Part shown: positions 1 to 9,927 of the stretch, piece by piece
Numbering within the stretch: the first letter of the stretch is position 1
Layout: every line of letters begins with the position of its first letter
NCBI RefSeq assembly: GCF_001194135.2
Contig: NC_068981.1
Location: 52,428,796-52,492,795 of the forward strand
DNA from: Octopus bimaculoides
Lineage: Eukaryota
DNA: 64,000 nucleotides
Direction: 5' to 3'
Program-made: the position numbers and the translations under genes
Notes under the pieces: generated by a model
The model's input: only the letters and a program-made list of their open reading frames with translations
The model's database searches: none
Told to the model about the DNA's origin: nothing

Positions 1-550
1 CCTCCAGGCCATAGCAGAGGGATTTAAGACTGGAAGCCCATGGGAACTACTATATGCTAAGGATCTTGCCTTCATAGTAGAATCTGTAACAAAATTAGAA
101 AAGAAATTCCATGTGTGGACTCAAAGGGTCTTAAAGTTAACTTAGCAAAACCAAGGTCCTAGTAAGCAAGAAATCAGACAGGAGTCTTCACTCTTCAGGT
201 AAATGGTCCTGCTCAATATGTAGAAAGGGTGTAGGAAGAAATTTCATTTGATGTGCCCAGTGCAAGCTGTGGATATACAAAAAGTGCAATGGAATAGTAG
301 GAAGATTATCTAAGAAAGTTGTGTTTGTATAAGGAAGATGTACAGGAGCTATAAAGACCACAGATACATGGGAAACTGATTTCCTCAAATGTCCCAGTGG
401 CTCTCTGGAAGTAGTAGATAATTTCTGCTACCTAGGTGATCTAATTAGCAATGGAGGAAGTTGTACAGAAAGTGTAATTATTAGATAAGAATAAAATGAA
501 GAAAGTACAAAGAGCTTTTACCTCTGTTGGCAACCAAAGGTCTTTCTCTT
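1..550 (+). mobile_element. RTE/RTEX-type LINE reverse transcriptase fragment, decayed
   Basis: Translates LQAIAEGFKTGSPWELLYAKDLA (degenerate YADD), then a CSICRKGVGRNFI..C..C zinc-finger-like insert and VDNFCYLGD, with stops. Confidence 0.85.
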
Positions 551-640
551 TGAGAAATGTTATTTCAATCCATGTCTTTTTTTGAACAGTAAGAACATTT
601 TCTAAATTGAGTCTTTATTTCTATCATCTATATTTGGCAG

Positions 641-710
641 AGATTTTGGAGTGAGAAACAACAAGAGCCTGTGAAACCTTGGCAATCATCAGTTTGTGGT
701 GCTCTGGCTG
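641..710 (+). CDS. SLC25A26: SLC25A26 exon (70 nt)
   Basis: ttggcag|AGA...GCTG|gtaag; encodes RFWSEKQQEPVKPWQSSVCGALA(G). Confidence 0.92.
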
Positions 711-1262
711 GTAAGAATACCCTTTTATGATGTATTCTAGGATAGAGCTTTACAAAATGGTTTTACAGTAATTTAGAAGTTTTCGTAATCAAACCTAAGG
801 AAAAAACACTACTGTAAAAGAAAGCACCTGTTGAAAACAGGTATTTCTTTTAATTACATTTTGGAACGCAAGTGTAACTATTTTGTAGGTTCACCCTTCA
901 ATCATCAGACAATATGCTGTGCTTGAGAAGACCTGTTGAGTTAAGTGAAATCGTTGTCGTGGCTGATGCCAGTGCCACCTAACTGGCACCTGTGCCAGTG
1001 GCACGTAAAATGCACCATTTGAGTGAGCGATACCAATGCCACCTGACTGGCTCCCTTGCTAGTGGCATGTAAAAAGCGCCATTCAAGCGTGGTCGTTGCC
1101 AGTGGCACATAAAAAGCATCCACTACACTCTCAGAGCATAAGGAAGGGCATCCAGCTGTATAAACTTTGACAGAACAGATTGGAACCTGGTGCAGCCTCC
1201 TGGCTTGCCAGTCTTCAGTCAAACCGTCCAACCCATGGAAAACGGATGTTAAAAGATGATGA

Positions 1263-1299
<37 letters not shown>

Positions 1300-2066
1300 N
1301 NNNNNNNNNNNNNNNNNNNNNNNNNNNNNNNNNNNNNNNNNNNNNNNNNNNNNNNNNNNNNNNNNNNNNNNNNNNNNNNNNNNNNNNNNNNNNNNNNNNN
1401 NNNNNNNNNNNNNNNNNNNNNNNNNNNNNNNNNNNNNNNNNNNNNNNNNNNNNNNNNNNNNNNNNNNNNNNNNNNNNNNNNNNNNNNNNNNNNNNNNNNN
1501 NNNNNNNNNNNNNNNNNNNNNNNNNNNNNNNNNNNNNNNNNNNNNNNNNNNNNNNNNNNNNNNNNNNNNNNNNNNNNNNNNNNNNNNNNNNNNNNNNNNN
1601 NNNNNNNNNNNNNNNNNNNNNNNNNNNNNNNNNNNNNNNNNNNNNNNNNNNNNNNNNNNNNNNNNNNNNNNNNNNNNNNNNNNNNNNNNNNNNNNNNNNN
1701 NNNNNNNNNNNNNNNNNNNNNNNNNNNNNNNNNNNNNNNNNNNNNNNNNNNNNNNNNNNNNNNNNNNNNNNNNNNNNNNNNNNNNNNNNNNNNNNNNNNN
1801 NNNNNNNNNNNNATATATATATATATATACTAGCAGTATAGCTCGGCTTTGCCCGGGATTAAGTTAGGATTATTAAGCTAATCAAGTTCTTTATTTCAAA
1901 TCAAACTAAGTAAAATGGACGTCAAATTTGGGCAGAATCAGTGTTGCGATGGGAGCACATGGGTTGGGAACCCTTCCAGCAAGGAAAATAGAATGCCCAA
2001 AAGGGCTCCCGATTCTCTGTGTCAGAAGTGGTTATGTTCAGATCACAACTAAGTCTTATGTATATG

Positions 2067-2099
<33 letters not shown>

Positions 2100-5000
2100 N
2101 NNNNNNNNNNNNNNNNNNNNNNNNNNNNNNNNNNNNNNNNNNNNNNNNNNNNNNNNNNNNNNNNNNNNNNNNNNNNNNNNNNNNNNNNNNNNNNNNNNNN
2201 NNNNNNNNNNNNNNNNNNNNNNNNNNNNNNNNNNNNNNNNNNNNNNNNNNNNNNNNNNNNNNNNNNNNNNNNNNNNNNNNNNNNNNNNNNNNNNNNNNNN
2301 NNNNNNNNNNNNNNNNNNNNNNNNNNNNNNNNNNNNNNNNNNNNNNNNNNNNNNNNNNNNNNNNNNNNNNNNNNNNNNNNNNNNNNNNNNNNNNNNNNNN
2401 NNNNNNNNNNNNNNNNNNNNNNNNNNNNNNNNNNNNNNNNNNNNNNNNNNNNNNNNNNNNNNNNNNNNNNNNNNNNNNNNNNNNNNNNNNNNNNNNNNNN
2501 NNNNNNNNNNNNNNNNNNNNNNNNNNNNNNNNNNNNNNNNNNNNNNNNNNNNNNNNNNNNNNNNNNNNNNNNNNNNNNNNNNNNNNNNNNNNNNNNNNNN
2601 NNNNNNNNNNNNNNNNNNNNNNNNNNNNNNNNNNNNNNNNNNNNNNNNNNNNNNNNNNNNNNNNNNNNNNNNNNNNNNNNNNNNNNNNNNNNNNNNNNNN
2701 NNNNNNNNNNNNNNNNNNNNNNNNNNNNNNNNNNNNNNNNNNNNNNNNNNNNNNNNNNNNNNNNNNNNNNNNNNNNNNNNNNNNNNNNNNNNNNNNNNNN
2801 NNNNNNNNNNNNNNNNNNNNNNNNNNNNNNNNNNNNNNNNNNNNNNNNNNNNNNNNNNNNNNNNNNNNNNNNNNNNNNNNNNNNNNNNNNNNNNNNNNNN
2901 NNNNNNNNNNNNNNNNNNNNNNNNNNNNNNNNNNNNNNNNNNNNNNNNNNNNNNNNNNNNNNNNNNNNNNNNNNNNNNNNNNNNNNNNNNNNNNNNNNNN
3001 NNNNNNNNNNNNNNNNNNNNNNNNNNNNNNNNNNNNNNNNNNNNNNNNNNNNNNNNNNNNNNNNNNNTTATTATATCCATAGGCGGATATTTTTAGTATG
3101 AAGTGGTAAAGAGTGTGATGTGCTGAAAAAAGAGAGAACAGTACTTGAAGTGTAGTTTCATTCCAGTGGTAAATATCCGTGTAGAAATCCGTGCAAAGTA
3201 ATCCTTGTGTGAATAATCCGGAAATTTATGTTGGAACGATATATATATATATATATGCACTCTTTACTTGTTTCAGTCATTTGACTGTGGCCATGCTGGA
3301 GCACCGCCTTTAGTCGAGCAAATCGATCCCAGGACTTATTCTTTATAAGCCTAGTACTTATTCTATCGGTCTCTTTTAGCGAACTGCTAAGTTACAGGGA
3401 TGCAAACACACCACCATCGGTTGTCAAGTGATATTTGTGGGGACAGAGACACAAACATATACACACACACACCTCCGCTTGTGAAGACCTGTTGAGGCAA
3501 GTGAAATCGAAACCGAACTAAATTCGACGACTGGCACCCATGCCAACGTCGTCTCCTTCATTGGACACGAAACTCAGCTTGCGAAGACTTATTGGGGCAA
3601 GCGAAATACCCAACTAAATAAGGTAGGATTACAACAAGTCAGCTGTTAATATCATGTCGTTGATGTATCTATGGCCCAGTCACATAACTATCTGTATCCC
3701 AATCTACCTGAAGGTAAAAAGAAGTACTACAAAAGAGTCAGCAAATGTAGCATTTTAAAACGGATGAGTGTTTAGAGGTTTTTTAATTTTTTTTTCACTA
3801 AGTACAACTCTGAATGAGCATAGAGTAAGATGGGCAGCCTAACACTTCATTTAAAACATGTAAACAAAGACTTTAGAGTGACACTATGGCCCTATAGGAT
3901 TCACCATCACACACATGCATGTATGTGTAAGTATTTATATTAGAAAGACAAAAAAAATTTTCTCCTACTATCAGGAATAAAACATAAAACGTATGATGGT
4001 CTCCCTGTATTTCTGATGAGGTTTAATAATACCAAAATATGTCTAGAGATGTTAAGGCCACAGGTGAGACTCACCCACATCTGCATGTATACATTGTTTG
4101 TAAATGATTTGACAAAAAAAGAATGCACTTCACTTTGGGTGAGATTTCTATGAAGATTTCTTGATTCACTACATTATGTTAACACTGATTTTATTTTGTG
4201 ATGGGAATATATTGACATCAAAAATAAATATGTTTATCTGTAGGAGGAATTGCTGCAGGGACAACCACTCCATTAGATGTAGCTAAAACAAGGATCATGT
4301 TGGCAAAGGTATATTATTTTTATGCTGTTATTATTTTAAAAACCAAATATGATTTAAAATCTTTCTTTCTAATTTTATTGGCTCTGATTTCTATTCACTC
4401 GAAATGTTATACCACCTGAAGATAATTTTCATTATTTTATGATATAACAGGCTTGGCTGTGTGATTAGGAAACGCACTTGGCAATTATATGGTTTCAGGT
4501 TTATTCCTGCTGCATAGTAACATATCAGGTTGGTGCAAAAGTTATGTCTGATTTAAAGATCTAAGATAAAAATGAATAAGCCAATGAATATTTATTCATT
4601 AACATACTCTCCGTTGCTTTCAATGACCTCATTCTATCATTCAACAACCTTATAAATGCCTCGCTTGTAAAATTCTGTAGGTTTAGAACCAAAATATGAA
4701 TCTAACTCATTTTCAATCTCTTCTCTTGTTAACCTAAGTCCATCAAAATGCTTCTGTAGTCCTCGGAACAAATGGTAATCAGAAGGAGCAAGGTCAGGAG
4801 AATATGGAGGATGAGGCAGTATTTCCCAACCATGTTCTTCCAAGAGAGTTTTCGTCAGTCAAGCTGTGTGAGGACGAGCATTATCATGACGGAAGATGAC
4901 ACTCTTTCTGTTAACCAAGGATGCTTGCTTTTGGCTCAGAACTGTTTTCAAATTACAAAGTTGCTCACAGTAAAGATTAGCATTAATTGTTTGGTTGTTG

Positions 5001-5765
5001 CCCAACAGTTCATAATGGATTACTCCTTTAATATCCCACCATACATTCAACATGATCTTCTTTGGATGAAATTCTCCTCTCAATTGCTGAAATGGCCGTC
5101 CTCCTCAACTGATCCAAGAATGGCAGTGTTTAACATTATGGTAAAGAATCCACTTCTCATCACTTGTAACAAGCCTGTCTAAAAATGTTGCTTGAAAGTG
5201 TCACGAAAGCAATGATTGACAACAAGCGACACGCTGTTGTCGATTCTCTGGGGACAGCTCGTGAGGGACCCATTTTCCAGCCACTGAAACTTTTCCAATG
5301 TGTTTTAGCTGGCATACCACGGTTGTATGGGCCACGTTTAATTGTTCTGCAAGTTCCCTAGTGGTAACTGTAGGGTTCTCTGAAACGAGCTTCCAACATT
5401 TTGGAATCAAGTTTTTTTTGGACGACCCTCTTTTGGCTCTTCTTTCAAAGTGAAATCACCACTTCAGAAACAGGAAAACCACCTCCTGCAACTTCTTTCA
5501 TTCACTACATTATCCCCATAAGTGCTCTGAATAGATCTTGCCGCACTTGCATTAACACCTTTATGAAACTTGTAGAGCAAAACATTTCTTATGTGATCTT
5601 TAGATGGGACAAACATGGTGGTAAAATTTTCTGAGAATTAAGGCCAGAAAGAAAATAATACAAATTAGACACAGAGATATCTTAAAACTATAAGAGGAGG
5701 TTAAAAAATTGGTAAATTCGTTGAAACATTTTTTATAGAAATCAGACATTACTTTTGCACCAGCT

Positions 5766-5803
<38 letters not shown>

Positions 5804-8383
5804 GAAAAGAGATTAAAAATCCAGGCAAATACTTTATAAGCATTTTGTAGGGATCAAACTTGGCTAAATAAATTGCTAAATTGTTCATTGTAATCCACAT
5901 TGATTGTAAAATTACTTTCGGTTGTCTGTCTAATGAGTAAATCTGAAGTTTGAACAGTGAATAAATTTAGTATAGAAGATAAACAAAGAATGAAAAATTA
6001 TACATTCCTTAATTTGCTTATACACCTTTCAGATAGGCTGGCATTTCAAATTTCTGTGATACAGTAATCATCACGCATATTTACTGAGCTCATATTTGAT
6101 TGACTAAGTTTCTACAGAGATCAAGAACCAAATTGAATCGAAATTGAACCATACTCGATGACTGGTCACTGCACCAGTGGAGCACTAACAGCACTGTCGA
6201 GTGTGTTCATTGCCAGAGCAGCTGTCTGGCTTCCATGCTAGTGGCTCGTAAATAGCACCATTAGAGTGTAATCGTTACCAGCGTTGCCTTCTAGCACTTG
6301 TGCTGGTGGCACATTAGAAAATCATTCAAGCGAGGTCGTTGCCAGTGCCGCTGGACTGGCTCCCATGCAAGTGGCACATAAAAAAACACCTTTTGAGCAT
6401 GGCCGTTGCCAGTACTGTGTGACTGGCCCTCGTGCCGGTGGCACGTAAAAGCACCTACCACACTCGGAGTGGTTGGCGTTAGGAAGGGCATCCAGCTGTA
6501 GAAACTCTGCCAGATCAGATTGGAGCCTGGTGCAGTCTTCTGGCTTGCCAGTCCTCAGTCAAATCGTCCAACCCATGCTAGCATGAAAAGTGGACGTTAA
6601 ACGATGATGATGATGATGAAGCTCTTGGTCTGCCCAGGGCTATAGTAGAAGACACTTGCCCAAGGTGCCATGCAGTGGAACTGAACCCAGAACCATGTGG
6701 TTGGGAAGCAAGCTTCTTACCACACAGCCACACATGGTGCAGGCATCGCTGTGTAGTAAGCTTGCTTTGCAACTACATGGTTCTAGGTTCAGTCCTACAG
6801 CAAAGCACCTTGGATAAATCTCTCCTACTATAACTTCAGGCCAACCAAATCCTTGTGAGTAGATTTGGTAGATGGAAACTGAAAGGCCTACAAGATGGAT
6901 ATATGTGTGTGTGTGTGTGTGTCCACCACCAGCACTAGGTTATGGTGTGTTTACACCCCCATAACCTAGTGGTTCGGCAAAAGCTGACAGAAACATTAGC
7001 AAGCCAGGCAAAATGCTTAGCAGTGTTTTGTCTGTCTTTACGTTCTGAGTTCTAATTCCACAAGGTCAACTTTGCCTTTCGTCCTTTCAGGGTCGATAAA
7101 TTAAGTACCAGTTGTGTACTGGGGGCGATCTAATCGACTGGACCCCTCTCCCAAAATTTTGAGCCTTGTGCCTAGAGTAGAAAAGAATATATCCTGAAAT
7201 TAAAATATTCTATAATTTTTTTTTTTCGTCTTCTCTTCTCTGACTGTAGAAAGACTCATCTCTTGCTTCTGGGAAGATTATCGGTGCTTTGAAACTCATT
7301 TACCGTGAAAAGGGATTTTTTGGGTAAGAAAGATCTTTATTTGGACAATAACTATAGTTGATACATTAGTTAATAAATGTCATATATAAGTGTAGGCATG
7401 GCTGTATGGTTAAGAAGCTCGCTTTGCAACCACATGGTTTCAGGTTCATCCCCACTATGTGGCACCTTGAACAAGTCTCTTCTACTATAGCCCTGGGTTG
7501 ACCAATGCATTGTGAGTGAATTTAGTAGACAAAAACTGTGGGGGGGGGGGCCTGTCAGATATATATATCCATGTGTATGTTTGTGCTCCACCACTGCTTG
7601 ACAACCAGTGTTTGTTTATGTCTCCATAACTTAGTGGTTTGGTAAAAGAGACTGATGGGATAAGTACCAGACTTAAAGTAAATACTGGAGTTGATTTGTT
7701 TGACTAAAACCATCAAAGAGATGCCCCAGCATGGCTATAGCCCAGTGAATAGAACAAGTAAAAGATAAAAGATATAAATAGCTTTAGTCTTATTGTATAG
7801 AAATTTTTAGGTTAGAAAATGTGATTGGAATTGATCACATGTTTTGCTTGTTAAACATGTATATTCTTCAGCAAGACTTAATATATTTTCATTAAAACCC
7901 ATCAGGATTAGAGAAAGGAAGAAACTAATGATAATTTCTTACATTGGTCAGAAATGGTTGGCTGACAATGTACTTGATTGAATCAACACCTGTACATATC
8001 TGGTACTTTATCAGATGAATAACAGAAGTCAACTCCGTTTACCCATCACAACTGAATAAACTGGAGGAACATGAAATGACGTGCCTTGCTTAAGGATTTG
8101 AACTCACAATCATTTGATCACGAGTCAAACATTCTAACCATCAGGTCATATATATTTTCACAAGTTTAGAGAATATTTCAGCCTTATAAATAATCTTTTG
8201 TAAAAAAAAAAAATAATAAAGGCGCAGGAGTGGCTGTGTGGTAAGTAGCTTGCTTACCAACCACATGGTTCCGGGTTCATTCCCACTGCGTGGCACCTTG
8301 GGCAAGTGTCTTCTACTATAGCCTCGGGCCGACCAAAGCCTTGTGAGTGGATTTAGTAGATGCAAACTGAAAGAAGCTTGTCG

Positions 8384-8414
<31 letters not shown>

Positions 8415-8810
8415 TTGTCCCCCCAACATCGCTTGACAACCGATGGTGGTATATTTACATCCCTGTAACTTAGCGGTTCAGCAAAAGAGGCCGATAGAAT
8501 AAGTACTAGGCTTACAAAGAATAAGTCCTGGAGTCGATTTGCTCGACTAAAGGCGGTGCTCCAGCATGGCTGCAGTCAAATGACTAAAACAAGTAAAAGA
8601 GTAAAAAAGTAAATAAAAGAGAGAGAGAAAAGAAATTATCTGCTTTAGTTTGGATTGAAATATGTTTTCTTTTCATAAAACTTTTAAACTTTCTTTTGTA
8701 GCCTTTATTCTGGAATTGTGCCCCGTGTCATGTGGATTTCTGCTGGCGGTGCTATTTTTCTGGGAATTTATGATGAAGTTAAACATCTACTATCATTGGT
8801 TTTACATTAA
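641..8810 (+). CDS. SLC25A26: S-adenosylmethionine mitochondrial carrier, 3' part (4 exons; 5' exons lie upstream of the window)
   Basis: Exons 641-710, 4244-4308, 7250-7323 and 8702-8810 all have AG/GT boundaries and join in frame (318 nt): RFWSEKQQEPVKPWQSSVCGALAG-GIAAGTTTPLDVAKTRIMLAK-KDSSLASGKIIGALKLIYREKGFFG-LYSGIVPRVMWISAGGAIFLGIYDEVKHLLSLVLH*. It carries the carrier motif PxDxxKxR and closely resembles the C-terminus of animal SAMC as recalled. Confidence 0.93.
905..1266 (+). mobile_element. RTE LINE 3' tail (tandem ~66-nt units, conserved end, (GAT)n)
   Basis: gccagt..actggc units, AGGGCATCCAGCTGT, CAGTCAAACCGTCCAACCCATG and a (gat)n end, shared with more than 12 other copies in the window. 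Confidence 0.85.
1300..1812. other. Assembly gap (513 N) flanked by (TA)n
   Basis: Run of N bordered by TA microsatellite on both sides. Confidence 0.99.
1830..2060 (+). mobile_element. Possible non-autonomous Helitron/HINE-like 5' end
   Basis: Begins (TA)CTAGCAGTATAGCTCGGCTTTGCCCGGG inside a TA repeat, resembling recalled HINE termini. The other end is obscured by the gap. Confidence 0.35.
2100..3067. other. Assembly gap (968 N) preceded by (TA)n
   Basis: Run of N following a TA microsatellite. Confidence 0.99.
3259..3470 (-). mobile_element. tRNA-derived SINE family 1, 3' half
   Basis: Reverse complement of about 8415-8600, roughly 90% identical by eye. Confidence 0.85.
4244..4308 (+). 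CDS. SLC25A26: SLC25A26 exon (65 nt)
   Basis: ctgtag|GA...AAG|gtatat; encodes GIAAGTTTPLDVAKTRIMLAK. Confidence 0.95.
4525..5768 (-). mobile_element. Full-length decayed mariner (cecropia/Hsmar1-like TIR) in an SLC25A26 intron
   Basis: 30-bp TIRs TCAGGTTGGTGCAAAAGTTATGTCTGATTT (3 mismatches) with TA TSD. Transposase pieces WVPHEL, TSDEKW, HDNARPHTA and HPPYSPDLAPSDY are split across frames. Confidence 0.93.
6110..6618 (+). mobile_element. RTE LINE 3' tail with 4 tandem units
   Basis: Same tail family, ending in (gat)n at 6603-6618. Confidence 0.85.
6625..7195. mobile_element. SINE cluster: family-1 head on -, family-1 on + (head-to-head), then a SINE with a Meta-like central domain
   Basis: A/B-box heads at about 6625-6733 (-) and 6741-6990 (+). 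GGTCAACTTTGCCTTTCGTCCTTTCAGGGTCGATAAATTAAGTACCAG at about 7064-7110 resembles the recalled MetaSINE domain. Confidence 0.75.
7250..7323 (+). CDS. SLC25A26: SLC25A26 exon (74 nt)
   Basis: Pyrimidine tract then ctgtag|AAA...GG|gtaag; encodes KDSSLASGKIIGALKLIYREKGFF(G). Confidence 0.92.
7392..7775 (+). mobile_element. tRNA-derived SINE family 1, full-length, older copy
   Basis: A box TGGCTGTATGGT, B box GGTTCATCCC, 3' GCCCCAGCATGGC and an A-rich tail. Confidence 0.85.
8221..8610 (+). mobile_element. tRNA-derived SINE family 1, full-length, young copy
   Basis: GGCGCAGGAGTGGCTGTGTGGT (A box), GGTTCATTCCC (B box), internal (TA)/(TG) repeat, retained CpGs and a (TAAAAGAG)-type tail. Confidence 0.9.
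8702..8810 (+). CDS. SLC25A26: SLC25A26 last coding exon
   Basis: ttttgtag|C CTT TAT...CAT TAA; encodes LYSGIVPRVMWISAGGAIFLGIYDEVKHLLSLVLH*. Confidence 0.95.
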
Positions 8811-8906
8811 AATCAAAGAGAAATATTGTTGAATTTAATATTTTTAAAGAAGAGAACAGGTTTTATATTTTTTTAATTTCTTTATTTTTTAAAATTTTGT
8901 AAACGA

Positions 8907-9039
8907 AATAAAGAAAATTTTGATTTTTTTTTAAAACAAATTTAACAATTTTTATCATTATTTTATTTTGGCACAGAAGTTGTTGTTTTTTTTTTGTAAG
9001 TGGTTAACTCATTGATGATGAGTTCAATTCCACAATAAA
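8907..9039 (+). terminator. Candidate polyadenylation signals for SLC25A26 (AATAAA at 8907-8912 and 9034-9039; another at 9250-9255)
   Basis: AATAAA hexamers downstream of the stop codon. AT-rich context makes chance hits likely. Confidence 0.45.
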
Positions 9040-9783
9040 CGTTTTGCATTTTTTTGTGACACCTGGTTTTACATCTCGGACCCATTTCAGAAGTGATTTT
9101 TATATCATGTAGCATAATTTAAACATATAAATATACTTTCCCAAGAAACTATTTATGCCATCCATGCCTGCATGGAGAAAAAAATTTCTATTAAACTATT
9201 AAAAGCTTCACCCTTATGTTTTTATTTTGTATTGTTCCAACCACCATGCAATAAAAATTAGAACCAGTATTTCAAGAATGGAGAGAAAGAATTTTATACT
9301 TGCCTCAGTGAATACACTGTTTACACCAATCTGTCTTGATATTACCTTTTCACCCTGATCTAATTCAGTACATGAATCAGAATACAGTATTAACTTGGGC
9401 TAACCCATATCATTGATAATTTCTGATGTGACCCTCACTGGCAATCAACTTCTGTTTAGTTGGAGATGCTGTTCTTATTTTGGCTATTCTAGTTTCATTC
9501 TCACACACATATAGCAATTAATGATAACAAACCGAGTAAAGTAATCATGAATATGAATAAAATGGGACTCACACAATAATATCACCATATCCCAGACCAA
9601 AATGAAGTGGTCATAACAAAGTTGTATGATTGCCATTTGATTTTGTACGCAAATATCATTAAGGAAAGAAAACAGAAACTGGATAGGCTAATGTAAATTC
9701 TTTTTAAAGATCACAGGGCTAATAGAGGTAGTGAGCAACAGGAGTTAGCTTTGCTGAAAAATCAACAGCATTATGTCAGTTTA

Positions 9784-9927
9784 TCATTCATTGCTACAGC
9801 TTCGTTGTGCAGATGGTGGGGTATTTGATATAAAATGTTGAAGTTCTTCTAATTGTTCCCTCTGATTGCTGTCCAATTTCTCAAGACGATCTTTTAATTG
9901 GTGAAGTTCTTTTCTGTGGCAATTGTC
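9784..9927 (-). CDS. CEP83: CEP83 last coding exon
   Basis: attcag|GAC...GAA TGA; encodes DNCHRKELHQLKDRLEKLDSNQREQLEELQHFISNTPPSAQRSCSNE*. Confidence 0.88.
   Translation of the reverse strand, partial: DNCHRKELHQLKDRLEKLDSNQREQLEELQHFISNTPPSAQRSCSNE

Noticed and set aside
1180-3101. Long ORFs in the supplied track (203-384 aa)
   Set aside because: Artefacts of (TA)n repeats and N-gaps (IYIY plus X runs).
4772-5182. 136-aa plus-strand ORF
   Set aside because: Antisense shadow of the mariner transposase; there is no independent coding signal.
8221-8300. tRNA gene
   Set aside because: A and B boxes are present, but there is no cloverleaf and the sequence continues into a SINE body.
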